Source: Sulfolobales archaeon
GTDB taxonomy: Archaea > Thermoproteota > Thermoprotei_A > Sulfolobales > AG1
DNA: 64,000 bases
Assembly: GCA_038867615.1 (NCBI GenBank)
Contig: JAWBYA010000002.1
Coordinates: 32,001-96,000 of the forward strand
Direction of reading: 5' to 3'
Shown here piece after piece: positions 1 through 9,824 of the stretch. The position numbers and the translations under genes were made by a program. The stretch's first letter is position 1; each line of letters begins with the position of its first letter. The notes under the pieces are model-generated. The model searched no databases. It was given only the letters and a program-made list of their open reading frames with translations, and had not been told where the DNA came from.

Positions 1-9
1 CTTAGCCAT
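1..9 (-). CDS. Start of the next gene of the molybdoenzyme operon (partial; MAK...), plausibly a gamma subunit or chaperone
   Basis: Minus strand reads TGAGGTGATAGCAA-ATG-GCT-AAG: an SD (GAGGTGA) overlapping the beta-subunit stop, then the ORF runs off the window edge. Product inferred from operon context only. Confidence 0.5.
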
Positions 10-20
10 TTGCTATCACC

Positions 21-1175
21 TCACACATCGTTCCTCCTATAGACCCCGAGCTTTTCATCATAGTAGGGTCTCACCACTACCTGTTCTGTTATGGGGATCC
101 TGACGACCTCGTTGCCTTTCTCGTTATAGCCTGCGACATACTCGCCCCCTATAACTTTAAACCTGTGGATTATCCTGTCGGTAGAGTTCGAAAGGATCAG
201 GGCTCCTATGACCTCCATATCCTGCTTCTCAATCGCCCTCACATAGTTGTTCACAGCCTCCTCGCCCATGGGGCCGAACATCATTCTCACGAAATCCGTG
301 TTCTTTATATTGATGGGGGGTATGTAGTAAATGTTAGGCTCAAGACCTAGTTGTGGAAGCAGAGGAGCCGCGATCCTCTTTACATGGACTAGGAAGTCTA
401 TTGGGTTCTCCGGATCCGCTTTCTCAGGTAAGCTTATATAGCCAAACATCCTTATCTTACCTATACAGTTCCTGAAGCACCTCGGTATCTCTCCCTTCTC
501 CAAGGCTGGATAGCAGAATATACATTTCTCCGAAACCCTTGTTACCGGGTTATAGAAGACCTTTTTATAGGGGCATGACTTCACACACTCCCTATAACCC
601 CTACACCTGAACTGATCCACGAGGACAACACCGTCGTCCCTCTTATAGATAGCCTGCCTGGGACATGCTGCAAGACATGAGGGGAAGGTGCAGTGGTTAC
701 ATATCCTTGGTAGGAAGAAGAACCACGGGTCGAAGGGGGCCCTATAGGAGCCCAGCCTTAAGGAGTTGCTAGCCTCACCCTCTCCTATGGCTGGGAAGGC
801 ATAATCATGGCTCTCAGGCATATAGCCTAGAGCTACCTCGCCCGAGGGCGCAGCCTCGAATATGGTCTTACCTCTATAGACCCAGGCGCTGCCCTCTTTC
901 CTCCACCTCATAGGCTCGAGCTTAGCAAGCATGGATAGTATTTTTACATCCCAGCGCAGCGGATACGACCCCCAAGGCTTATCCTCAACGTTATTCCATA
1001 GCATGTACTCCTGGCCTCTCCCAGAAGTCCATGTAGTCTTACATGCTACGGTGCAGGTCTGGCAACCTATGCACTTGTTAAGGTTGAATATACCGGCAGC
1101 CTGTCTCTTAGGTCTAGCTGCTGGATATGGGTAATCCATCTCCCTCCCAATCTGCCAATTATAGACCCTGGGCAT
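21..1175 (-). CDS. Fe-S beta subunit of a type II DMSO-reductase-family enzyme (NxrB/NarH-like)
   Basis: Four Cys clusters (CIGCQTC..C, CNHCTFPSC..CP, CRGYREC..CP, KCIFC..C..C). N-terminus MPRVYNWQIGREMDYPY and GQEYMLWNNVE motifs are typical of periplasmic NxrB/NarH-like subunits. Confidence 0.9.
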   Translation of the reverse strand: MPRVYNWQIGREMDYPYPAARPKRQAAGIFNLNKCIGCQTCTVACKTTWTSGRGQEYMLWNNVEDKPWGSYPLRWDVKILSMLAKLEPMRWRKEGSAWVYRGKTIFEAAPSGEVALGYMPESHDYAFPAIGEGEASNSLRLGSYRAPFDPWFFFLPRICNHCTFPSCLAACPRQAIYKRDDGVVLVDQFRCRGYRECVKSCPYKKVFYNPVTRVSEKCIFCYPALEKGEIPRCFRNCIGKIRMFGYISLPEKADPENPIDFLVHVKRIAAPLLPQLGLEPNIYYIPPINIKNTDFVRMMFGPMGEEAVNNYVRAIEKQDMEVIGALILSNSTDRIIHRFKVIGGEYVAGYNEKGNEVVRIPITEQVVVRPYYDEKLGVYRRNDV

Positions 1176-1181
1176 GTGACA

Positions 1182-4100
1182 TCACCCCTCCACGATCACA
1201 TAACCACCTTTAAGATAGATCTTCATGTCATCATCCTCGTATGTAGGCCTCACCTTCAACCTCACAGGCCTCCAAGGAGATTTCCCATCCTCACCTCCAG
1301 GCTCGAGCTTTACTATTTTGGCGAACCCCTCTCTAGGCGCCCCCACAGGGCTGTGTATATCTGGTGCGAACCCTTTACCCATTACTGCTACTAGCGGCGA
1401 CTTCCTGAATAGATCGTCTGTCATTAGAGTGGGTTTAAGCCATGTCCTCGTAACACTCTGGTGGCCTCCATACCTGAAGGAGGATATATAGCCTGTTCTC
1501 TCGTTTAGTGCCAGCCCATCAGGCCTCTTCTCATGCCCCTCAACGGTTCCATGACTTGCCATGTAGAAGTTAAACCATATCCTAGTCATACCCGGTGGTA
1601 TGCTATTGTTAAACCTGATCCTAGCCACCAGAGTGAAGGCTTTACGCTCCTCGGGCTTCTTATCAAGCCCCATGAAAGGCTCATAATCCGGATCTCCCTC
1701 AACCCTTACATAATCCCCATCGTCTAGTCCAAGCCTCCTCCCATCCTCAGGGTTTATGTCTACATAGCCCTCCGCAACCCAGGGCATCCTTTTATCCCTC
1801 CTGTAAATATCGCCGTATGGTGTGTAGTGTATTGCTAGTATATCGACGTTGCTGCATATGGTATGTATTAGTCCTTTATGCTTCGGGGTTATAATTATAT
1901 GGGTATATCCCTTAGCCTTGAGCGGGTGGCTTGTGGTTTTAACAACACTCCAAGGCTTGGCCACATGCCTAACCTGTCTAACCTCCTGGTCTAGGTTGTT
2001 AGGATCTAGCCCTAGATCTTCTGGCTTTAGAGGTCTTATTGCTTGGTGCGGCTTGTTAAGTATTATAACATTGGGCTCATAAGGCGTCGAGTTAGCAGGC
2101 TCCCTATAGACCGGTATGTTCTCCCCACTCTCTATGAAGGGGACTTCCTCTTTGTAGAACTCAAGCCTCCCAGTCTTAGTCCACCACGGCGCGCTCTCAT
2201 TGGTCTGCTCCCACCCGACAACGCTTGGTGTTGTCCTTGTAGCATACACAAACGGTATACCCTTCTTAGCATACTCCTCCAGCATCTCGTACGTCAGCCC
2301 CTTAGTCGCGTTGCCTGCAGCCAGCACTCTGTTAATATAAACCTCAGCCTTGTTCTCATGGATAAACCTCCAGTAATCCTTCATTCTCGGCTCTCCTAGG
2401 AGCTCGGCCATTTTAGCTGATATCCCAGCCATAACCTCCATATCGTCCTTCGTGTCGAATATCCTTGGCAACGGGGTTCTGGGCCATGCTACTATGAACG
2501 GGGTTGTCACGGTAACGGCTATGTCTGGGAGTTTCCTTTCAATCCAGCTGTCAACCCCGAATACAACGTCGGAGTACTCACATGTTAGAGTCCAGAACCA
2601 TTCTAAGGTTACTATAAGCTCTACTTTGGGTAGAACGTTAACTATAATGTTATAAGCCCATTTAGAGTTGCCGAGCGTCGAGTTAGCGTTTGCAAAGAAC
2701 ACTACCTTGGTTGGTGTGGGCATGTGGGTCTTGCCTGTGAACAGCCTACCAGCAATCTCTAGAGGCCTATCACCATAAGCATAGTAGTGAGCCGACTCTG
2801 CTGTGAAGTAAGATCTAACTCTAGCAGGCTTAGTTGGATCGAGCTCTGGATTGAAGGGATCCTCGGCTGTCCATTGTATTATACCATTAGTTAGCTCGAG
2901 TTTGAAGTTCCCAGCGTAGGTTCCTAAAGTCCCACCCATGTTGCCTATGTTGGCCGTTAAGGCTGCGAGAAGCATTATAGCTCTGTCTTTGAGGTCTCCA
3001 TGGAGGTATTGGTTTATACCCATGCCTAGGACAAAGAGGGTTTTACCCCTATTCTCTGCTATCTTCCTAGCAAGTCTCTCTATAGCCTCGGGCTCCACAC
3101 CCGTTATCTCGGATACTGTCTTCGGATCCATGCTGCTCATCACATACTCCTTCACGAGGTCAAAGACAGGCCTAACCTTGACTCTAGTACCATCTACCAA
3201 TGCAACCTCGAATTCTCCCTCCAATGCGGGGTCTACTCCCAACTCGTCGAAGTATTTGCCAACATGATCCCTTGAGACCACTTTAGGCGAGCCGGTCTTC
3301 AGATCCCAGGCTACGAAATCATCTATCTCATCTCTTAAAGCCTTGGGCCAGAACTGTACCCCTTGGAGCGCAGGGGGCGGGGGCGTCTCTTCAGGAGCTA
3401 TGACCTTAGTCCTGTTCTTGAGCTCCACAGGCTTGTAATCCTTGATTATATCTCTCGCCCTCAGGAATTTCAGGTTATCCATTCTAACAAGCAAGGGCAG
3501 GTCTGTGAACCTCTTGATGAAGGCCTCATCGTAGAGTTTATCCCTGATTATAACGTGAACCAGGCCTAGGGCTAATGCTGTGTCGGTTCCGCTCCTCACA
3601 ACTATATGTTCACGAGCCTGTGTAGCTGTGATCATGTATTCGTTAGATATTGTTATAATCTCAACACCCTTCGTACGAGCCTCTGAAAGCCATTTTGCTA
3701 CAGGCATTTTGGTCGAAACCCAGTTCATGCCCCAGATTATCGCGAGCCTTGCATGCTCCACCAGGTGTAGGTGGAAGTCTACAGCCTTAATCCCTGCTGT
3801 CATAGGCTGCCCCGGCGCCAAGTCGGTATGCCAGGCATAGTTATCCCAGGCTCTTCCACCTGCAGCCTTATCTGGGCCTACACCTCTGATCTTAGCGTCT
3901 AGTAGTGCGAGCATGTTGGCGAATCTCCAGAGAGAGGTTATCCTCATGGGGGCATTGAGAGGCATGCCAGCTCTAAACTTAAATGTTCTAACCCCAGCCT
4001 CGCTTACGGTCTCAACCATTTTGGGATGATAGCCTTGTTTGAGTAGCTTCTCAGCACCTGCCTTTCCACTATATGTCTCAGCTATATTGATCAACGCTTT

Positions 4101-4691
4101 GGCTACTATCTCGAACGCCTTATCCCACGGAACCTTTACAAACCTTTCCTTACCCCTACCCTCAAAATATCTAGCCGGAGGCAGTCCGGTCTCAGGGTCT
4201 CTGGGGAACCCGTCTTCAACCCATCTGAGGAAGCCTTCCCTGATATATGCGCCCTTAACCCTTCTATTAGAGTAAGCCCTCCTAGCTATAGCTACACCTG
4301 TAGGACATGTCATGGGATCCCATCTATGGGAAACCTTGTTACCATAAACATCCATAGCCTCTCCATAGCCATAGCTTGGATCTACATAGACCACAATACC
4401 GTTCTTAACAGCGGCTCTCAATATACACACGAAAGTGCAGTTGGGAACGCATGAGAACATGAACGTCTCGTCAGGCTCATAGATCCTCTTATAAACATCC
4501 TCCCAACCCCTGCCATAAGGATATGCCTCCAGCGGGTTGAAACCCTCAAGAGGCATTAGATACCTGTATACAAGAACCCCTTCAGGGATTAGGGTTGAAA
4601 ACGCAAGGGCCAGAGAACCTTTAACAGTGAGTGTGAGGAACTCTCTCCTCGAGATAGCAACATCTAGACCTTCTAACCTTGGCTCCGATAT
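1182..4691 (-). CDS. Mo-bis-PGD catalytic alpha subunit, type II DMSO reductase family (NxrA/NarG-like), Tat-exported
   Basis: FS0 motif CVPNCTFVC..C, Asp-ligand motif NYAWHTDL, C-terminal INPEDG molybdopterin-binding domain. The frame stays open 45 codons upstream of the ORF-track ATG (4556) and encodes SRREFL plus a hydrophobic stretch; start placed at ATA 4691 behind an SD. Confidence 0.9.
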   Translation of the reverse strand: MSEPRLEGLDVAISRREFLTLTVKGSLALAFSTLIPEGVLVYRYLMPLEGFNPLEAYPYGRGWEDVYKRIYEPDETFMFSCVPNCTFVCILRAAVKNGIVVYVDPSYGYGEAMDVYGNKVSHRWDPMTCPTGVAIARRAYSNRRVKGAYIREGFLRWVEDGFPRDPETGLPPARYFEGRGKERFVKVPWDKAFEIVAKALINIAETYSGKAGAEKLLKQGYHPKMVETVSEAGVRTFKFRAGMPLNAPMRITSLWRFANMLALLDAKIRGVGPDKAAGGRAWDNYAWHTDLAPGQPMTAGIKAVDFHLHLVEHARLAIIWGMNWVSTKMPVAKWLSEARTKGVEIITISNEYMITATQAREHIVVRSGTDTALALGLVHVIIRDKLYDEAFIKRFTDLPLLVRMDNLKFLRARDIIKDYKPVELKNRTKVIAPEETPPPPALQGVQFWPKALRDEIDDFVAWDLKTGSPKVVSRDHVGKYFDELGVDPALEGEFEVALVDGTRVKVRPVFDLVKEYVMSSMDPKTVSEITGVEPEAIERLARKIAENRGKTLFVLGMGINQYLHGDLKDRAIMLLAALTANIGNMGGTLGTYAGNFKLELTNGIIQWTAEDPFNPELDPTKPARVRSYFTAESAHYYAYGDRPLEIAGRLFTGKTHMPTPTKVVFFANANSTLGNSKWAYNIIVNVLPKVELIVTLEWFWTLTCEYSDVVFGVDSWIERKLPDIAVTVTTPFIVAWPRTPLPRIFDTKDDMEVMAGISAKMAELLGEPRMKDYWRFIHENKAEVYINRVLAAGNATKGLTYEMLEEYAKKGIPFVYATRTTPSVVGWEQTNESAPWWTKTGRLEFYKEEVPFIESGENIPVYREPANSTPYEPNVIILNKPHQAIRPLKPEDLGLDPNNLDQEVRQVRHVAKPWSVVKTTSHPLKAKGYTHIIITPKHKGLIHTICSNVDILAIHYTPYGDIYRRDKRMPWVAEGYVDINPEDGRRLGLDDGDYVRVEGDPDYEPFMGLDKKPEERKAFTLVARIRFNNSIPPGMTRIWFNFYMASHGTVEGHEKRPDGLALNERTGYISSFRYGGHQSVTRTWLKPTLMTDDLFRKSPLVAVMGKGFAPDIHSPVGAPREGFAKIVKLEPGGEDGKSPWRPVRLKVRPTYEDDDMKIYLKGGYVIVEG

Positions 4692-5008
4692 GGAGACCTC
4701 ACCCCGCAGTGTGTGCCGTGGTAGTATGATAAGTTAAGCTAAATCAGCTGCACCTTAATAATAAGATGCCCGGTCTAAAATCTACTCACATATAAAAACC
4801 TATGAAATAGTGCATCTTTACAAGAATATGCAGAACTATATATGGATATATAGAGATACATAGATCACTATTCAAAGATCTTTGAAAAAGAAGCACCACA
4901 CAGCATTGCTTAGATCTCATATCATCGATGCTGTTTAACACCAATAACTCTTTATCCTTGGTCCGTGTTGCTAAAAACCTGCCCCAGCTATTAACCAAAC
5001 CCCCGTAC

Positions 5009-5021
5009 GAAAGGCTTATAA
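5009..5021 (+). promoter_or_regulatory. BRE-TATA-like element upstream of rpl15e
   Basis: GAAAGGC-TTATAA, similar to the tRNA promoters in this window; about 120 nt upstream of the rpl15e TTG. Confidence 0.4.
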
Positions 5022-5138
5022 TCAGTTCAATAATAAAAGTAAGGCCTACTTACCAACGGGGTTGAGGAGGAATTGGGAAGGTAAAGATATTAAGGTGTGT
5101 TAGTCAACATATTTTAGAGCGATGGTGGAGGAAGCAGG

Positions 5139-5813
5139 TTGGCTAGATCTATATATCACTATATAGCTGAGGCTTGGAAGAGGCCTCGTGAGGGTGAGCT
5201 CGGTAGGCTTAACAGGGCTAGGATTATTGAGTGGAGGAAAGAGGAAACCGTGGTTAGGATCGATAAGCCGACGAGGCTTAACAGGGCTAGGAGCATCGGG
5301 TACAAGGCTAAACAGGGTTTCATTGTAGTAAGGGTCAGGGTTAGCAAGGGTGGGAGAGAGAAGCCGAGACCTAACAAGGGTAGAAGGCCTAAGAGAATGG
5401 GTGTCTATGGCTACTCCCCCGAGAAGAGTCTCCAGCTAATAGCAGAGGAGACAGCTGCTAGAAAATACAGAGGGCTCGAGGTTCTTGGGAGCTACTATGT
5501 TGGGGAGGATGGCGAGCATAAGTGGTACGAAGTGATCCTAGTAGATCCGAATCTACCCACTATAAAGAGCGACCCAGACATAAACTGGATCACCCATCCA
5601 TCCCAGAGGGGCAGGGTGTTTAGAGGAAAAACCATGGCTGGTAGGAAGATGAGAGGGCTTCTAAGCAGCAGAGGGCTTAAGGGTACGCATCACTATAAGT
5701 GGAAGAAGAAGCAGAAGGAGAGGGAGGAGAGGAGAAGGCACGAAGCGTCAAGAGGAGCTAGGGTTATACTACCCCAGGAGAAATACGAGGAGGTTTTTGG
5801 AGAGCCTAAATAA
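5139..5813 (+). CDS. rpl15e: 50S ribosomal protein L15e
   Basis: [30 protein letters not shown] and RGRVFRGKT motifs; basic C-terminal extension. Confidence 0.97.
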   Translation: MARSIYHYIAEAWKRPREGELGRLNRARIIEWRKEETVVRIDKPTRLNRARSIGYKAKQGFIVVRVRVSKGGREKPRPNKGRRPKRMGVYGYSPEKSLQLIAEETAARKYRGLEVLGSYYVGEDGEHKWYEVILVDPNLPTIKSDPDINWITHPSQRGRVFRGKTMAGRKMRGLLSSRGLKGTHHYKWKKKQKEREERRRHEASRGARVILPQEKYEEVFGEPK

Positions 5814-5860
5814 AAAGAACAGCCAGTATCTCTTTCCAGAGTTTTTAAAACCACGCCCAG

Positions 5861-6367
5861 CTAGCTATTAATAATCCCTAATATTTTGTCTTTTAGAAAT
5901 GATGGGTTGTTGGATACAGCTATATATATAGTTGCCTCCTCTCCTTTTTTGAGAAAATCTATTAAATCTCTTCTGAGATCAGCTGCAGCCTTATTAGATC
6001 TCAGCATTATGGTGTTTGGCGCTATGTATGTGCTCCTCCTAGCAATAATCTTAACAGGGTCGCTTAGCTCGAGACCAGGGTCGCCATACCCTATAGCCAT
6101 ATCCCATATATTGTTAACAACAATCACTATCGCTACCACCCAGCCCTTTTTTATCCTATCCCTCAGTTCTGGGTCTAGATCTCTTATAGATTTATTAGCA
6201 GATATAGCTATTATGCAGTCGCCCCTCGGCGTGAGGCTATCCTCCCTCGTTATCTCAAACGTTGTTCTATGTGTAGCCCTTATATTCCTATGACCCCTGG
6301 CATATACCTTGTCAACATAGATCTCGTCATGACCAGACACTAGATCTCCCTCAACACTATACCCCAA
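5861..6367 (-). CDS. DUF371 family protein
   Basis: ARGHRNIRATHRTTFEIT..LTPRGDCII and NKAAADL signature; overlaps the tgtA stop. Confidence 0.9.
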   Translation of the reverse strand: MGYSVEGDLVSGHDEIYVDKVYARGHRNIRATHRTTFEITREDSLTPRGDCIIAISANKSIRDLDPELRDRIKKGWVVAIVIVVNNIWDMAIGYGDPGLELSDPVKIIARRSTYIAPNTIMLRSNKAAADLRRDLIDFLKKGEEATIYIAVSNNPSFLKDKILGIINS

Positions 6368-7947
6368 TCACGGGGGCTTATCACCATCTGCCTCAATATC
6401 GATGCAACCTCAACGCTCCATGGAATCTCTCTCGAGTAGTAGATAATGATCCTCGATACATTGCCCCTGATCCTGGTTACAAGCCTATAGATCTCCTCAC
6501 CGAGATTCCTAATAAGGCTCAGCTCTACAGACTCAGGCGCCTCGTGCTGTGAGAACGGATATGTCTCCTCAAGATCCTCTGGGATTGCCCCAAAATACGG
6601 TGTATAGAAAAACACAAAAACATCTTCAAGCAGGGATTCTCTTGATAGATCTCCGAGAGCCCTTGCATAGAGAGGAGAGCTGGAGAAAGGCTTGATAGAA
6701 CCATCCCCAGGGATCATCGCAACAATCTTCATACCAGGGATTCTCTTCTCAACAACGTAGGAGAGGTATCTGTTAAGCCTCTCCATGGTTCTTATCATCT
6801 GCGGCTTGTATCTAGATGTGGAGTCATATATGAATAACCCCCTCCTCCCCTTAGAATATGGTGAGTATTTCTCTATCTTATCCGAGCCCATAACGATCCT
6901 GTTCATTGCGTCTAGCAATGATGGGTGGGATCTTGATCTCTCGACCAAGAGATCCCATAACCTTCCCTCCCTGATATAGGTCTTAACCCTCCTAACCTCC
7001 TTATCGATCATGTATAGGTTATGTCTTGCTATCAACCCAACCCTCTCCCTACGATCCATCTCTAACAGATCCTTTGGCGAGTATTTAGAACAAACAGGGC
7101 AGCTGCATGGAAAAACCTCGAGCTCCTCAACCCTCTCGGTTCCATACTCAGTTATATATCTATTATCCTTGGCGTAGAGCATATAGCTCGCAGAATCAAA
7201 CATATCTATACCCAAGGCTATCGCGAAGGGTAGTATCATTGGATGCCCCGCGCCGAATAAATGCACTGGATAGCTTGGGAGGAGCTCTTCCTTAGCTGTT
7301 ATTATCATATCTATTATTTTTGAATACCTATAGCTTTGGAGAAAAGTAACAGGGCTTCCTATAGCATAGAGAGAGTAGCCATCAAGCTCTCTAGCCTCTC
7401 TAGCAGATCTCCTCACAAGATCTAGATAAGCTCCCCCCTGTATTGGGAGAACCCAGAGGGTCTCTGACCTTGACACTATATCTATAACCTCTCGAGCCCT
7501 TCTGAGGGTCTCCTCAACACTGTGTAGGGCTTCACTATAGCTTGAACTTTCTTTTGTTGGTATATCGAGTATAACTGCTATATCGCTTCCAAGCCTCTCC
7601 TGGAACTCGACGATCTCTCTGTTACCTACATCAACGCTCCCATAGACCATATGCTGATAGGCTCCTGAATCGGTCATCACGATCCCGCTAAAACCTATAG
7701 TACCTTTAACTCCCCTCTCGGCAGCGGATTCTCCGTATGTTTTTTTGATCAGATATGCATTGGTTATAATAGCTTTGAAGCCCATCTTCTCGATCTCGTT
7801 TGCAGGGAGGATCGCCTTATCCCCAACCTGCTCCACAGGATCTATTACTGGTAAAAAAACAGGTGTTTCGAGTCTTCCACTCTTGGTCTCTATCACACCT
7901 ATCCTTCCCATCAGATCCTTATCCTTGATCTGGAAGTTGTCAGGCAT
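6340..7947 (-). CDS. tgtA: Archaeosine tRNA-guanine(15) transglycosylase
   Basis: TDSGAYQ, LDIPT, PIQGG, HLFGAGHP, DMFDSASY motifs and a CSCPVC..H zinc site. Confidence 0.95.
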   Translation of the reverse strand: MPDNFQIKDKDLMGRIGVIETKSGRLETPVFLPVIDPVEQVGDKAILPANEIEKMGFKAIITNAYLIKKTYGESAAERGVKGTIGFSGIVMTDSGAYQHMVYGSVDVGNREIVEFQERLGSDIAVILDIPTKESSSYSEALHSVEETLRRAREVIDIVSRSETLWVLPIQGGAYLDLVRRSAREARELDGYSLYAIGSPVTFLQSYRYSKIIDMIITAKEELLPSYPVHLFGAGHPMILPFAIALGIDMFDSASYMLYAKDNRYITEYGTERVEELEVFPCSCPVCSKYSPKDLLEMDRRERVGLIARHNLYMIDKEVRRVKTYIREGRLWDLLVERSRSHPSLLDAMNRIVMGSDKIEKYSPYSKGRRGLFIYDSTSRYKPQMIRTMERLNRYLSYVVEKRIPGMKIVAMIPGDGSIKPFSSSPLYARALGDLSRESLLEDVFVFFYTPYFGAIPEDLEETYPFSQHEAPESVELSLIRNLGEEIYRLVTRIRGNVSRIIIYYSREIPWSVEVASILRQMVISPRDWGIVLREI

Positions 7948-7948
7948 T

Positions 7949-8401
7949 TCAGCTCCTCTTCGACTTCTTACCCTCCATGTACTCCTGCCATATGTCGAAG
8001 ATCTTGTTGGCTAGTGCTCCGGATCCCTCAACACCGTTCTCAGAAACCCTATATCTATCCAGAATAACCACTGATCCCGACTCTTTATAGACCTTCACAT
8101 TAGCTGGGTTTATGTTGAGTCTCTGAACAACTAGGTTGAAGAACTCCTCGGGGTCGAAGAGGGGTATCTCCTCAACAACGATCTCAGAGATCCTGCTGCC
8201 ATTTATAACAACCCTGAAGAACCTCTTACCCTCGGAATCAGCCTCTCCGAGAACCACGTTAAGGCTTGGCTGGTCTATGCCTAGTAAAACACCCCTATAG
8301 ACCTTGCCATCAACAAGTCTAACATACACTCTCTTATCCACGAGACTCCCTATCTCAGTGTAAAACCTTCTCGCACCTGTTTGCGTGCTCAGACTCATCA
8401 C
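7949..8401 (-). CDS. Sm/Lsm-like protein with C-terminal domain (SmAP3 type)
   Basis: Sm fold (VYVRLVDGKVYRGVLLGID..NVVL, INGSRISEI) plus an extra C-terminal domain; next to tgtA and rpo8. Confidence 0.88.
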   Translation of the reverse strand: MMSLSTQTGARRFYTEIGSLVDKRVYVRLVDGKVYRGVLLGIDQPSLNVVLGEADSEGKRFFRVVINGSRISEIVVEEIPLFDPEEFFNLVVQRLNINPANVKVYKESGSVVILDRYRVSENGVEGSGALANKIFDIWQEYMEGKKSKRS

Positions 8402-8619
8402 CTTATAAATATTTATTCAGGGGGAGTAATATTGGAAATAATGCTAAGCATAGGACTTAGATCCCGTGTTACACAGGCGCTTATGATCAGCTATCTATAA
8501 TCATTAAATCCGATCTAGACGCCAACGGGGCAAAGCATGGATCCAGAGCATAGCATTAGCTACAACCAACAGTAAGCTTATTTACTCGGAAAATCCTATC
8601 TTGGCGGGAGAACAAGGAT

Positions 8620-8982
8620 ATGGATAGTATTAGATCCAGGGTTAAGGTTTTATCTATAAAGGATAGCAGGATCCCCGGCGTCAAGATCATAGAGCTAGAA
8701 GGTGAGGAGCTCAACATAACGATGGATCTACATAGAGAGCTAATAACATTCAGAGAAGGTGAGGAGCTCGAGATGGTTACCTCAAAGAATCTTCCTAAGT
8801 ACAAAGATGGTGTTGATCTCTGTGCAAGAGGGGTTGTTGTCAGTATAAAAGATAAGGATCAGAAGAGGATCGTGATAAGCCTCTGGGGATATCTAGTGAT
8901 CATAAAACCTAACAACCCCTCAATACTTGATAAGCTCGACCTAAAACCAAGCGATGAGATCTACTACTGTTTGATCAAATAG
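8620..8982 (+). CDS. rpo8: DNA-directed RNA polymerase subunit Rpo8 (RpoG)
   Basis: OB-fold 120 aa with ISLWGYLV and IYYC motifs; divergent from the Lsm-tgtA genes as in other crenarchaea. Confidence 0.8.
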   Translation: MDSIRSRVKVLSIKDSRIPGVKIIELEGEELNITMDLHRELITFREGEELEMVTSKNLPKYKDGVDLCARGVVVSIKDKDQKRIVISLWGYLVIIKPNNPSILDKLDLKPSDEIYYCLIK

Positions 8983-9105
8983 AACTACCCAAGAATCCCG
9001 CAGAACTAGACAAGCGATATAGGAATCGATAATACTGTGTGAAGTACGCCCTTCTATAATAAGAATCATTAAGGATCGGGCTTTCGCTGGTCTTAAAGCT
9101 GGCTA

Positions 9106-9594
9106 CTATGATACAGACCCGATGCTTAGCTCCTTAGCATTAGCCTCAACATATGTCTTCTCCTTTTTCCTAGCAGCTATCGCCTTCTTCAGCTCTGTAG
9201 CCACCTTTCTAACCTCCTCTTCGAGGTCTTCGTAGTGATGCTTCTTAAGATGATCTTCGGGAAACATGTTCACAAGCCTTCTACCACATATCATGCAAAC
9301 CTCTGGTCTCTTGCTCCTATCTATCTTTGGCTGAACCATAGATAGTATCAGTGGAGTGGCCATCTTTATGAGGAACTCTGCAAGTCTCCTATCACCAGCC
9401 TTCTCATTGATCCTCTGGACAAACCCTCTCAGCTGGTGTTTAGAGATCCCATATCTATCGTTGGCTTGTGACGGAGGGAGGGAGCCGCCTAGATACTCGA
9501 TCAAAGCTTCGAGAACCTCAGGTCTACCTGCCATCTTCTTCAACACCAGGTATTCGAGAACCTCTATTGCAGGCGATATATGACCCTTATCCAT
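9106..9594 (-). CDS. Hypothetical protein with HTH-like region and C2H2 zinc finger
   Basis: YGISKHQLRG (HTH-like) and CMIC..HLKKHH; start moved to MDKG (9594). Confidence 0.7.
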   Translation of the reverse strand: MDKGHISPAIEVLEYLVLKKMAGRPEVLEALIEYLGGSLPPSQANDRYGISKHQLRGFVQRINEKAGDRRLAEFLIKMATPLILSMVQPKIDRSKRPEVCMICGRRLVNMFPEDHLKKHHYEDLEEEVRKVATELKKAIAARKKEKTYVEANAKELSIGSVS

Positions 9595-9824
9595 TATGTT
9601 ACCTATTATACTAGCTAGAATATAGAGTGTTCCATATTTAAATAACAACCCCTATATATATTTGACAAAGCGTATTACCAAATAGATCTGCTAGGAGAGA
9701 TTCACATCAAAAAATACAGGACACCAAGGATCCATATTACCCTATAATAAATGAAAAGAAGAGAAACACCAAAGAGTATATATCTGACCCTTAATATATG
9801 TTTCTAGGAACCCGGAGGGGGCTT

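Noticed and set aside
4786-4998. 70-aa intergenic ORF upstream of the molybdoenzyme
   Set aside because: AT-rich promoter region, no SD, no recognisable features.
5139-7947. L15e basic C-terminal tail and TgtA lacking a PUA domain
   Set aside because: Both are usual crenarchaeal traits.
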